A stretch of DNA of 64,000 nt, from NCBI GenBank assembly GCA_043800955.1, contig JAZDMN010000049.1, positions 282 through 64,281 on the forward strand. Reading direction: 5' to 3'. The position numbers and the translations under genes were made by a program. This stretch comes from Candidatus Micrarchaeota archaeon. GTDB lineage: Archaea; Micrarchaeota; Micrarchaeia; Anstonellales; Bilamarchaeaceae. Positions 27,397 to 36,210 of this stretch are shown here, in pieces. The notes beneath the pieces were generated by a model, which was given only the letters and a program-made list of their open reading frames with translations, was not told the DNA's origin and did not search any database. Within the stretch, counting starts at the first letter, position 1; every line of letters starts with the position of its first letter.

Positions 27397-29235
27397 TCAG
27401 CACTTCCAGAATTCCGATACGGCATCCTCCGGATTCCCGGTGAGGACCGTCCTCTCATCGCGGCTGAGTATCCAGTTGTACTTATTCCATTTGAAACGCT
27501 CGTCCATATAAACCACCGCGACGCGGTCGGCCTCCTTCCTCCGGGCGCGCCCTGCCGCCTGCAATGCCTTTATCGTACCGGGGTATAGGTAGCCGTAATC
27601 CCAGCCCCGGCCGAATTTCAAATCGTAATAATCAATCAGCGCGCGCGACTCCAGGCCCATCTCCTCCAATGCGACGCCAACGATGACGACGGTCTTGATT
27701 TCGCCTTCCGGGTAATCGACGCCCTCTGAAAGTGAACCACCCTGTACGCCCAGGAGCACGCCGCCATTTTTGAAATCGCGCAGCATCTTCCTTATTTCGT
27801 GCGGCTTCATCTGAGGGCGCTGGACGATGAGGTTCCGCGACTTGAGGAGCGGCGAGACCGCATCCATGACCTGGTACGACGGGAAGAAAACCGCCGTGCC
27901 CCCCGGCGTGCTGGAAACTATGGCATCGAGCTTGGATGCTATCGCGCTATATTCCTCCATTCCGCGTCTGGCATATCGCGTAGTCAAATCCTCGGTGATT
28001 ATGTTCAGGATGTTTTCGCTCGGGAACGGGGACGGGTAGGTTTTCATCTCGGTCCGCTCGGGCGCAAGGCCAAGGACGTCCCGGTGCATCTCGAGGGGGT
28101 GCATGGTCCCGCTCATCAGTATCGAGGCCGCGCACTCGTTCAGGATTTTTGTAGCCCGTGACGGGTCGAGCATCCTTTTGGAGAGGAAGAAATGCCCCTT
28201 GTCCTTCCGCAGGATGCGCACGCAGCTCTGATCGCCTTCCGGCCACTCGCTTATGAAGCGCGCAAGGCGCAGGCATGCGCTTTTTCTCCCGGTCTCTTCG
28301 ACAAACGCGACGCCCGCGTCTTCGAGCCTCTGCTCTGCTTCCTCAATGTCAAGGCCGAAGCGGCCGAGAAACGACTGGAACGCCTCGCCAGAAACCACGC
28401 GCTCCCGTTCGCCGCCTAGCATCTCTTCGCTCCAGGAGCGGAACTCCTCTTCGACCGGGCCAGCATCCAGCCCTAGGTGCCTCATCTCTTTCGACATGCG
28501 CGAGAAAAGGAAGTCGCTGACATTGCGCGAAAGGCTGCTGCGGACGCGGGAGGAAAGATTGTGCGCCTCGTCCACGATGATTATGGAATTCTCTATGCGC
28601 TTCTTGATTTTCATGAGGAAGATGTCGCGGATGTGCGGGAGCATGATGTGGTGGTAGTCCGCAACGACCACGCGCGACTCTGATGCGAGTTTCAGCAGCC
28701 ATTCGTAGGGGCAGCACAGCTCCTGAGCCCCTTGCTCGATAATCTCATGGTGGGATTTGCCGCTCCCGTACCCTTCGAGGAGCTTCTTGAACCTCGCATC
28801 GGCCTTCGCCTCCTCCCTGCGGTTATAACCGCGCGCGTTCGCAAAGAACGGGCACTCGCATTTCTGCCTCTTTTTAATGCACGCGGTCAGCAGCCCCTCC
28901 GAATCGAGCCCCCGAAGCGAGTCGTCTATGCAGCAGTGCGAGCGGCCGACCATGTCCACGGCGCGGAGGCCGAGCGAATACTTCTTCTCCAGCCCGCGCA
29001 CAACGTCCATCGCTATCCTGTGCTGGGAAATCTTTGGTGTAAGGAAGAAAACGTCGAGGTTCTGCTCGATGGCGCAAGATATCGCAGCCGAAAGCGACGC
29101 GTCTGCCTTACCAGACCCCGTAGGCGCATTCGCAAGGAGAATCTGACGGTACGTTATCGCGCGCTGCATGTCCTCCATCATCTCTTTTTGGAAGGGGCGG
29201 GGGGAGTCATGCCGAAAATAGAGCGCCATATGCAA
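27397..29235 (-). CDS. xpd: XPD/Rad3-like Fe-S helicase
   Basis: APTGSGKA, Fe-S Cys cluster, DEAH, MSGT, FFPSY, SEGVD and QAAGR motifs. Confidence 0.88.
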   Translation of the reverse strand: MHMALYFRHDSPRPFQKEMMEDMQRAITYRQILLANAPTGSGKADASLSAAISCAIEQNLDVFFLTPKISQHRIAMDVVRGLEKKYSLGLRAVDMVGRSHCCIDDSLRGLDSEGLLTACIKKRQKCECPFFANARGYNRREEAKADARFKKLLEGYGSGKSHHEIIEQGAQELCCPYEWLLKLASESRVVVADYHHIMLPHIRDIFLMKIKKRIENSIIIVDEAHNLSSRVRSSLSRNVSDFLFSRMSKEMRHLGLDAGPVEEEFRSWSEEMLGGERERVVSGEAFQSFLGRFGLDIEEAEQRLEDAGVAFVEETGRKSACLRLARFISEWPEGDQSCVRILRKDKGHFFLSKRMLDPSRATKILNECAASILMSGTMHPLEMHRDVLGLAPERTEMKTYPSPFPSENILNIITEDLTTRYARRGMEEYSAIASKLDAIVSSTPGGTAVFFPSYQVMDAVSPLLKSRNLIVQRPQMKPHEIRKMLRDFKNGGVLLGVQGGSLSEGVDYPEGEIKTVVIVGVALEEMGLESRALIDYYDLKFGRGWDYGYLYPGTIKALQAAGRARRKEADRVAVVYMDERFKWNKYNWILSRDERTVLTGNPEDAVSEFWKC

Positions 29236-29341
29236 TGGGTTTGCCAGCCATGATATTTAAGCACGGGCATGGGTTCATTTCCGCGAGAGCTGGAACGGAT
29301 GGAGTTTAAATTTCCTAAGCCGATAGGGTATATGGTTTGAG

Positions 29342-30058
29342 ATGAAATTCCTCTACAACGCGCCTGCGATATTCTACCGGGGCGCGCTCATTGTCGGCGA
29401 CACGCATTTCGGGATGGAACAGAAGCTCCGCCGAAAAGGCATATACGACGGCCAGTTCAGCATGCGCCAATACGAAAGGCTGAAACAGCTCATCATCACG
29501 CACAAGGCGAAGAAGCTCATCCTCCTTGGCGATGTGAAGGAGGATATAACGATGCTCGATGCGGAAACCGAAAGCATCCTCGCGAAGCTATCGATGCTGT
29601 GCGAGCTGATTATCGTGCGCGGAAACCATGATGGCGGCATCGAGCGATGCGGCAACGCGAAGGTTGTCGGGGCCGAGGGCTTCGCCTATGGGAAGCTCGG
29701 CCTGCTGCACGGGCATTCATGGCCAGAAAAGGAGCTCATGCTCTGCGACTACCTTGTGATGGGCCACCAGCACCCCATGATTGCGCAGACGGATGCGTTC
29801 GGAAAAAAGCGCACGGAGCCGGCATGGATGATTGCGCCCTGCGATGCGAATGCCATTTCAGCGCGCTATAAAAAATTCAACAAGGCCGTCTCACTCATCA
29901 TGATGCCCGCGTTCAATCCTTTGGTCGGTTCTGCAGTAAATATCGACGAGAAAGAGCATCTTGGGCCGATTCTTAACAACAAACTATTTAAACTCAACGA
30001 TGCAATAGTGTTTCGTCTGGACGGCACTTGTCTGGGAAAACTTGAAAATATAAGATGA
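29342..30058 (+). CDS. calcineurin-like metallophosphoesterase
   Basis: DTHFG, GD, RGNHD, HGH, GHQHP and MPAFN motifs. Confidence 0.9.
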   Translation: MKFLYNAPAIFYRGALIVGDTHFGMEQKLRRKGIYDGQFSMRQYERLKQLIITHKAKKLILLGDVKEDITMLDAETESILAKLSMLCELIIVRGNHDGGIERCGNAKVVGAEGFAYGKLGLLHGHSWPEKELMLCDYLVMGHQHPMIAQTDAFGKKRTEPAWMIAPCDANAISARYKKFNKAVSLIMMPAFNPLVGSAVNIDEKEHLGPILNNKLFKLNDAIVFRLDGTCLGKLENIR

Positions 30059-30067
30059 GGCGACCAC

Positions 30068-30319
30068 ATGGGCGGAAACCGAAGGGGAAGGCAGAAGCTT
30101 GAAACTTGTTCATCATGCGGTCGGGCTGTGCCGCGTGGCAAGGCCGTTGAATACAGCACCAGGACTCATTTTACTACTGACCTAAAGGAAGACAATGTGA
30201 CATATACCGGTTTCGTTGACCAGTATTACTGCATCAGCTGCGCCAAGCACAGAAGGATTTTCGAAAAGAAGAAGGAGCAGGCCCAGCGGCTCAAAGAAAA
30301 GAGGCAGCTCTATGGATGA
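30068..30319 (+). CDS. rps26e: 30S ribosomal protein eS26
   Basis: CSSCGRAVPRGKA...YCISCAKHRRI Zn-finger signature. Confidence 0.88.
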   Translation: MGGNRRGRQKLETCSSCGRAVPRGKAVEYSTRTHFTTDLKEDNVTYTGFVDQYYCISCAKHRRIFEKKKEQAQRLKEKRQLYG

Positions 30320-30605
30320 AATATCCTTCGATGGAAAGAAATACATTGCGTTGAAGCAGGATATCGGAAACCTCCCATTGATTGTCGTGAAGGCCAGGAA
30401 AGGGTACATCGCGTGCAGCTACATTGACAAGGAAACGGCCGAGAAGGTGGGCGACATAGCCGCATTCGTCTCGGGCGTGAAATGCCTCGAAGACCTCAAG
30501 AAGGCCAAGATAAGGCAGGCGACCACATGGGCCGAGGACTTGGGGATAAGGGAGGGCATGAGCGTCAAGAAGGCCCTTGAAATCATGGATATCGCGAGCG
30601 AATGA
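30312..30605 (+). CDS. DUF1805/YunC family protein
   Basis: LPLIVVKARKGYIACSY, AAFVSGV and LGIREGM motifs. Confidence 0.85.
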   Translation: MDEISFDGKKYIALKQDIGNLPLIVVKARKGYIACSYIDKETAEKVGDIAAFVSGVKCLEDLKKAKIRQATTWAEDLGIREGMSVKKALEIMDIASE

Positions 30606-31122
30606 CCCCTATCACGAACAAAGGCAGGACATATATTATTGCGCAGATGTTGTTTGGATTCGACGTGTAGTAGTTCTCAGGCGCAAGCATCGACAGGCGC
30701 CCCACATTGTCGTAGCAGGTCTCCCTAGTCACAGTGTCCCCGAAAAGCTGGGAACCGAAATTGTCCCTCTGGGTTATGTAGCCGCACATATCCGGGTAGC
30801 GCGTGATTTTCGATATCTCGAAATAGCACTGGTTGGTTACGAGCTCGGCCTTCTTCCTCTGATCGCTGCCAGAATCAGGGTCTATTGGAGCGCCGAAACG
30901 GACCCATATCTCCTCGCATAAATCGCGCGCGCGGTCGCACATCTGGCCAGGTCCGCACAGGTACGCGGCGGTGATGGCCGAAGCGTAGTAGCAGTTCATC
31001 TTCTCCGAGTTGCGGACGATTGAGGGATCGGATTCGCATTCCTCTGGTGTCCGCAGCCCCAGGGCTCCGCTGAGCATGAAAAACGCGAGGATGACGGAGA
31101 CGGATAGTATTGCCAGTCTCAC
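30583..31122 (-). CDS. Cys-rich secreted/membrane-anchored hypothetical protein
   Basis: Signal peptide, repeated C...CY units and C-terminal TM; GTG start overlaps the TBP TGA stop. Confidence 0.7.
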   Translation of the reverse strand: MRLAILSVSVILAFFMLSGALGLRTPEECESDPSIVRNSEKMNCYYASAITAAYLCGPGQMCDRARDLCEEIWVRFGAPIDPDSGSDQRKKAELVTNQCYFEISKITRYPDMCGYITQRDNFGSQLFGDTVTRETCYDNVGRLSMLAPENYYTSNPNNICAIIYVLPLFVIGVIRSRYP

Positions 31123-31685
31123 GCCGACCGCTTCTCCGCATAAGGCTTGAGAAGCGCCTTGGCCTTGCCAAGCACGATGCGGATTTCCTTCTCGTTCTTG
31201 GCCCCTGCGCAGATGACCTTCCCGTTCTTGAAAAGGAGGAGCGAGGCCTTGGGTTCCTTGAACTTGAGGATTGCGCCCGGGAACTGCTCGGGCTCGTATT
31301 CGACATCCTTAATCTTGGAGGCGATTTTGTAGAGGTCGAGCTCCAGGCCCAGGTTGGCCTATGCGACGATGTTCGTTATCTCGATGTGGGGCTTCTTGGT
31401 CTTGGTGATTTTCTTGGCATACGGCGTGAGCATTTTTATGGTGCGGGCAATCGTCTTCTCTATCATATCCCTCTTCTTGCACCCCACGCATACGACCTTC
31501 CCGTTCTTGAAAAGGAGGAGCGAGGCCTTTGCCGGCTCCTTGAATTTCAGTATCGCGCCCGGGAACTGCTCGGGCTCGTACTCTATCTCCGGTATCTTGT
31601 TTGCCAAGGCATACAAATCGAGCTCGAGGCCCAGAGAAGCAGACGCCACCATGTTCGTAATGACGAATTCAATCGGTTTAGACAA
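31119..31685 (-). CDS. tbp: TATA-binding protein, interrupted by an in-frame TAG at 31359-31361
   Basis: Two YEPEQFPGAILKFKEP..KASLLLFKNGKV repeats in one frame; NIVA-TAG-ANLGLELDL; TTG start with GGTGA RBS. Confidence 0.92.
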
Positions 31686-31806
31686 GAAATCACCCGTATC
31701 CGGCAGTAGTAGCCGGACAGATATAAGTATAACATTTATAAAGGAAGCAATTGTTTAAAAAGACTTTCTCTCATTCATTCTCGTAAACTAATTGCTCGTG
31801 ATTCAT

Positions 31807-32082
31807 ATGGTCAAGCCGTCAAAGGGATTTTTCAACAGGAGGACTAGGAAGCTCAAGGGCAAGAGCGTGAACAGCGTCGCGAAGCTCGTGCGCACGTTCC
31901 GCGTCGGTGACAAGGTCATAATCGCGCCGAGGGCGAAATTCAAGGGCCTTCCGCATCTGCGATATTCGAGCAGGCACGGTATTATTAGGGAGAGAAGGGG
32001 CAAGAGCTATCTTGTGGAAGTGAAGGACATGAAAAGCACGAAGACCGTGATTGTCGGCTCTGTCCACCTCAAAATGTCATAG
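31807..32082 (+). CDS. rpl21e: 50S ribosomal protein eL21
   Basis: RTRKL, FRVGDKV, GLPHLRY and VHLK motifs; rpl21e-rpoF-DUF655 synteny. Confidence 0.93.
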   Translation: MVKPSKGFFNRRTRKLKGKSVNSVAKLVRTFRVGDKVIIAPRAKFKGLPHLRYSSRHGIIRERRGKSYLVEVKDMKSTKTVIVGSVHLKMS

Positions 32083-32091
32083 GTGTTGCTT

Positions 32092-32409
32092 ATGCAGGTC
32101 AAATCAACCAGGCCGGTCTCGGTTTGCGAGGCCAAGGAGATACTAGTCAAAAGGAAAGAGGATGGCGAGCTTGGCTACGAGCAGGGCCAGGCGCACGACA
32201 ACTCCGAGCGCTTCGGCACGATGGACCCGAAGAAAGCCGAGAAACTTGTCGAGATGCTCAAGGGATTCGGGAAGATAACCGATGAGCTTGCAATCAAGAT
32301 AGTCGACATACGCCCGGACAATGCCGCAACCCTTAGGGCTGTGCTTGTCAAGGATAGGGTCGAGCTTTCCGAAGACGATTTGAACACAATCGTCAAGGAG
32401 CTGGCATAA
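32092..32409 (+). CDS. rpoF: RNA polymerase subunit Rpo4 (F)
   Basis: ELGYEQ and AIKIVDIRP motifs; conserved synteny. Confidence 0.9.
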   Translation: MQVKSTRPVSVCEAKEILVKRKEDGELGYEQGQAHDNSERFGTMDPKKAEKLVEMLKGFGKITDELAIKIVDIRPDNAATLRAVLVKDRVELSEDDLNTIVKELA

Positions 32410-32417
32410 TAGGGGGG

Positions 32418-32984
32418 ATGATGATGGAAGATTTTGCATGGGTCATCGAGTATATGCCATCAGGCCACGCCGATGCGCTCCGGAGGGAGCCGGCTGTCCA
32501 GCTTCTCGGCACCAGGTTCTTCACGCTTCTTGAGGCTTCTGTGACTCCGACCGCCTCCATCGTGGTCGGGCAGAAGGTCTGCGTCGGCAAGGAAGGCAGG
32601 AAGGAAGTGTCCCATATAAAGGGGAGAATCAAGTTCGAGGACCTGACAGGCGGGGCCAGGGAATTCCTTCCGGTCATGATAAAGAAGGCGATAGCCGAGC
32701 GCGAGGCGGATTTCGTCAATTTCATCAATTCCGCAAAGCCAATTTCAATCCGAGTCCACACGCTTGACCTGCTTCCAGGCATAGGGAAGAAGAACATGGA
32801 ATCGCTCCTGCGCGAGCGGGAAGCCAAACCGTTCGAGTCGTTTGCCGACATCCATGCGCGCGTGCCGACTCTGGCCGACCCGATGGGCGTCTTCGTGCAC
32901 AGGATAATGAGCGAGCTTGAGGGGAAGGAGAAGTACTACCTTTTCACCAAGCCCCCTTTCCAGCCAAGGTTCGGGCCAAGATAG
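32418..32984 (+). CDS. DUF655 domain protein (HhH-containing)
   Basis: FTLLE, RVHTLDLLPGIGKK and KYYLF motifs. Confidence 0.9.
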   Translation: MMMEDFAWVIEYMPSGHADALRREPAVQLLGTRFFTLLEASVTPTASIVVGQKVCVGKEGRKEVSHIKGRIKFEDLTGGAREFLPVMIKKAIAEREADFVNFINSAKPISIRVHTLDLLPGIGKKNMESLLREREAKPFESFADIHARVPTLADPMGVFVHRIMSELEGKEKYYLFTKPPFQPRFGPR

Positions 32985-32985
32985 G

Positions 32986-34236
32986 ATGATAAGATACTCC
33001 ATTTTCATTTTACTCCTTTTCAGTTCCGTATTCGCGGCAGGCGTCACCATTGGCAATGACGCGAACGCTTCCGCGGTCATGATAGGGATTTACGCGCAGG
33101 TGGAGACCAACGCCACAACACAGGCGGAATACGAGTCGTTCCTCGGCGAGAATTCGCTCATCGTCCTTGGAAGCAGCATGGACATAAGCGAGCGCATCCT
33201 TCTTGATGGCGCAAAGTCGCAGAACCCGTGGCTCGCAAAGGCGCAGGAAGGCAACGACAGCGCGGCAGTGCGGACGGCGATACTTTCGGGCAGGCATCCG
33301 CTGGCGCTCCTTATCGGCGGCCCGGAGCAGAACAATATCACCGCGTATGGCATCGCAAACGGATGGTTCAACGACACGCGAACTGTCGAAGGCGGTTTAA
33401 TCGTCAAGAGCGGCAAGCTCCCAAACGGAGCCGTGGTCGTTGCAATATCCGACAAGATGGGCTTTGAGCCCGGCGCGGTGAAGAATGAGGGCGCGAAGTA
33501 CTCGCCGCTGAATGCGGTGATGGCGCCTGAATACGTTCCCGTAGCCGCAACGGGGATTTCGCTCATCTTGCTCATACTCATCAACGTCGGAAGGACCGTC
33601 TTCGAGTTCAAAGCGCTCGATTTAGGCCGCAAGGGCAGGAAAGTCGGCGAGGGCGCCATGATGTACCGGGGCTACAACGTCACCGAGGGCCTTGCGATAG
33701 TCGGGGCATCGGCTGTGCTCGGCGTATCGATAAGCTGGCAGTACTTCGGCCCGAGCGGGGATTTCGTTTTCTGGGTCTTTGTGAACACCATCATCTGCCT
33801 TCTTGGCGCGATATTGCACGAAGTGACGCACAGGATTTTTGCGCACTATTTCAATATAAAAATGGAATACCGGTTCTGGACCGAAGGTTCGGCCCTCACA
33901 TTAGTCAGCTCATACCTCGGAAACGCGTTTTCTATTCAGGCGTTCATACTTGAGGAGATTCCCAAGGATGTGCCCAAATGGAAGGTGGGGCTGATGAAGC
34001 TTTCTGCACCGCTTGTAAGCGCGCTTGTGATGGTAATTTTCGCCTTCCTTTACTACCAGTCCCCGAACCCAGTGTTCAAGACGGTCTATTCAACAAGCGC
34101 CCTCTGGGCGATTGCCGAGATACTGCCATTCGGCTCACTGGATGGCAAGGACATAAAGGACTGGAGCCACACTATTTGGTTCGTCTCGTTCTGCTTCATC
34201 GGGATGACGTACCTTGCAGTCACATTCCTCATATAG
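32986..34236 (+). CDS. membrane protein with an exported N-terminal domain and an M50/site-2-protease-like C-terminal domain
   Basis: Signal peptide; LLIGGPEQN; TM HEVTH and ILPFGSLDG motifs. Confidence 0.7.
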   Translation: MIRYSIFILLLFSSVFAAGVTIGNDANASAVMIGIYAQVETNATTQAEYESFLGENSLIVLGSSMDISERILLDGAKSQNPWLAKAQEGNDSAAVRTAILSGRHPLALLIGGPEQNNITAYGIANGWFNDTRTVEGGLIVKSGKLPNGAVVVAISDKMGFEPGAVKNEGAKYSPLNAVMAPEYVPVAATGISLILLILINVGRTVFEFKALDLGRKGRKVGEGAMMYRGYNVTEGLAIVGASAVLGVSISWQYFGPSGDFVFWVFVNTIICLLGAILHEVTHRIFAHYFNIKMEYRFWTEGSALTLVSSYLGNAFSIQAFILEEIPKDVPKWKVGLMKLSAPLVSALVMVIFAFLYYQSPNPVFKTVYSTSALWAIAEILPFGSLDGKDIKDWSHTIWFVSFCFIGMTYLAVTFLI

Positions 34237-34263
34237 GATTATATTCGGGAACGGGGAAAGAGG

Positions 34264-35160
34264 TCAGTAGATATCGAGGGCGTGCGCGAGGCAGCCTGAA
34301 AGCGCGTCGGCGAAATCCTCGGCATCCTGGTAGCGCTTGTGCGGCTCCTTTTCAAGGGCCCGGGCCACCGCGTAGGAAAGGCGTTTTGGAATCGAAGGAT
34401 TCCGCATATGGAGCGGGACCGCGGAGGCTGAGCGATGCACGCGGAAGTATTCCTCCGTCTCGTCCCTGTCGGCGAAGGTAACATACGGATACCAGCGCGA
34501 AAGGAACTGGTAGATTATCATCCCCAGCGAATATATGTCCGCCCTTCGGTCGATGAATGCCCGGGGGTATGTCTGTTCCGGCGCCATGAACATGGGGGTC
34601 CCAACGGCGATATCCACCCTCATGGCGAAATCCTGCATCCCGGGCACTATGGAATATCCGTAATCCAGAAGGCTGACCGCGCTTTTATCCATGCTCAGGA
34701 CGAGATTGGACGGCTTGACGTCCCTGTGAACTATCCCTGCGCTATGAAGTGTCGAGAGGATGTCGCAAACACGGATTGTGAGTTCGATAATCCTCCTGGA
34801 TTCGTTCAGGTTATTTAAGGAGAATGTGAGGCCGTCCTTGAATTCCTCGACGATATATGGGTCAGGCCCGGTAAGTTTGGAGTCGAATATGCAAGGAACG
34901 CCCCCGTGTCTGACAAGCGAGAGCGCACGCGCTTCGGTTTTAAGAGTGTAATGGGCGTTTCTGTTCCCCAGCTTATCCCCGCGAATGCGCTTCAGTGCGA
35001 CATTGGATCCTGTTTGCTCATCCTTCGCAAGATGCACGATAGCTACCGCTCCGCATCCGATTTCCTTCAGAGGCTGATATCTCCTGTCTATGATGTCGAA
35101 CAGGTCGCGGCCGACCGGCTCCTGGTGCCTATGGCGTGGCCTGCGGGGATTTCTATGCAT
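34264..35160 (-). CDS. Hanks-type Ser/Thr protein kinase (PknB-like catalytic domain, soluble)
   Basis: IGCGAVA, VALK, HRDVKPSN, DYG, GTPMFMAPEQ and DIYSLG motifs. Confidence 0.92.
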   Translation of the reverse strand: MHRNPRRPRHRHQEPVGRDLFDIIDRRYQPLKEIGCGAVAIVHLAKDEQTGSNVALKRIRGDKLGNRNAHYTLKTEARALSLVRHGGVPCIFDSKLTGPDPYIVEEFKDGLTFSLNNLNESRRIIELTIRVCDILSTLHSAGIVHRDVKPSNLVLSMDKSAVSLLDYGYSIVPGMQDFAMRVDIAVGTPMFMAPEQTYPRAFIDRRADIYSLGMIIYQFLSRWYPYVTFADRDETEEYFRVHRSASAVPLHMRNPSIPKRLSYAVARALEKEPHKRYQDAEDFADALSGCLAHALDIY

Positions 35161-35280
35161 ACGGTATATATAATGCCGGAAAAGGTTTATAAAACATACA
35201 TTTACATATATGGCGACAGAAAACTGGAAAAGGGGATGCCAGAAACTGGAGACTAGAGACTGAAGACCATAAAAAACTAC

Positions 35281-35459
35281 TGGGCCCGTTGTGAACGGCA
35301 ATCCGTTCACTTCCTGCCCAATTATGCCTGAGGCACAACTCTGGACTGGAAACTGGGAACCGGAAGTATAATTGGGCCCGTTGTGGCTGCAGCCACTTCG
35401 TTCCCATTTTTCCATGAGGTCCGAAACAGGAAACCGGAAACTGGAAGCTGAGGGAAAAA
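35281..35459 (-). repeat. two tandem structured tRNA-Val 3' trailer units (87 and 92 nt)
   Basis: tRNA 3' end CGGGCCCA recurs at 35373-35380 and 35281-35288; each unit has an antisense stem, a heptamer tract and a GAAGTG..CACAAC hairpin. Confidence 0.85.
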
Positions 35460-35585
35460 TGGGCCCGCCCAGGATCGAACTGGGGGTCTTCGCTGTTCCG
35501 AAAACTTTGGGAACCACGTTTTTGTGAAACTTTTTCCCAAAAAGTTTCTGTAAGAGCGACGTCTTAACCACTCGACTACGAGCCC
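35460..35585 (-). tRNA. tRNA-Val(TAC) with an intron of about 53 nt at 37/38 (35496-35548)
   Basis: GGGCTCG/CGGGCCC-A acceptor, TCGCT/AGCGA anticodon stem, CCCAG-TTCGATC-CTGGG T arm. Confidence 0.9.
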
Positions 35586-35624
35586 GCGTATTGTGAAAGG
35601 ATTAGTCCCTGAACGGTTTTTTAA

Positions 35625-36149
35625 TCATTCGAGGTGGAGCGCGGCACGGCATCCTGGGCAGAAATCCTTTCCCTTTGAATCCACGGCCTCGATGGATTCC
35701 GAGAAGGCCATCACGCAAGAGCTATCTTCGCAGTGCGGAAGGCCGTGCAGGTGCCCAAGCTCATGCATCGCCTCCTTGAGGATGCGTTCCTTGAAAAGCG
35801 CGCCCGCTTTCGGCATGTCCGTGATTTTGCCATAGAAACGGGGGTCGAGCCTGGTCACAGATACGACCGCGGCATTGCCCTTTGCCAGGCCGAATACGAA
35901 ATCATGGGGTTTTGAGAAAATGTCCTCATGGATTATGAATACAATTTTCCAGACAGGGTCGGCCCCCCCTGAAAGCTCCGCAAGAAGGATATCCGCGTCA
36001 TACTGCTTCCTCGAATTCCGATATGCGCGGGTGAATGGGAAATCCTCGAATTGCGCAGATATCTGGCTGTGGAAGGCCCTGGAAAGCGTATCCACCAGGG
36101 TGTTGAAGCCGGGGACCGTGCGGCCGGCGATAATCAATGATATCGGCAT
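35625..36149 (-). CDS. amzA: archaemetzincin zinc protease
   Basis: HELGHLHGLPHC..SCVM..S..D.K..FCPGC. Confidence 0.93.
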   Translation of the reverse strand: MPISLIIAGRTVPGFNTLVDTLSRAFHSQISAQFEDFPFTRAYRNSRKQYDADILLAELSGGADPVWKIVFIIHEDIFSKPHDFVFGLAKGNAAVVSVTRLDPRFYGKITDMPKAGALFKERILKEAMHELGHLHGLPHCEDSSCVMAFSESIEAVDSKGKDFCPGCRAALHLE

Positions 36150-36210
36150 GGATGTGATTAGGGATAGGATAAAAATAAAAAATAGGCCGGGCTCGGAAAC
36201 TGCCCGGATT

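Noticed and set aside
31359..31361. Genome-wide TAG reassignment
   Set aside because: purP, korA, rpl21e and hef end at TAG at the expected C-termini, and I saw no other conserved gene with an internal TAG
31147..31660. Long internal direct repeat
   Set aside because: It is the normal two-repeat structure of TBP
35281..35467. CRISPR array interpretation of the tRNA-Val repeats
   Set aside because: Repeats are only 8-13 nt, the spacers are homologous and structured, and there are no cas genes in the window
35161..35571. 137-aa N-terminal extension of the kinase ORF in the ORF track
   Set aside because: It runs through tRNA-Val and its trailers; the real start is more plausibly ATG 35160 after a TATA-like box
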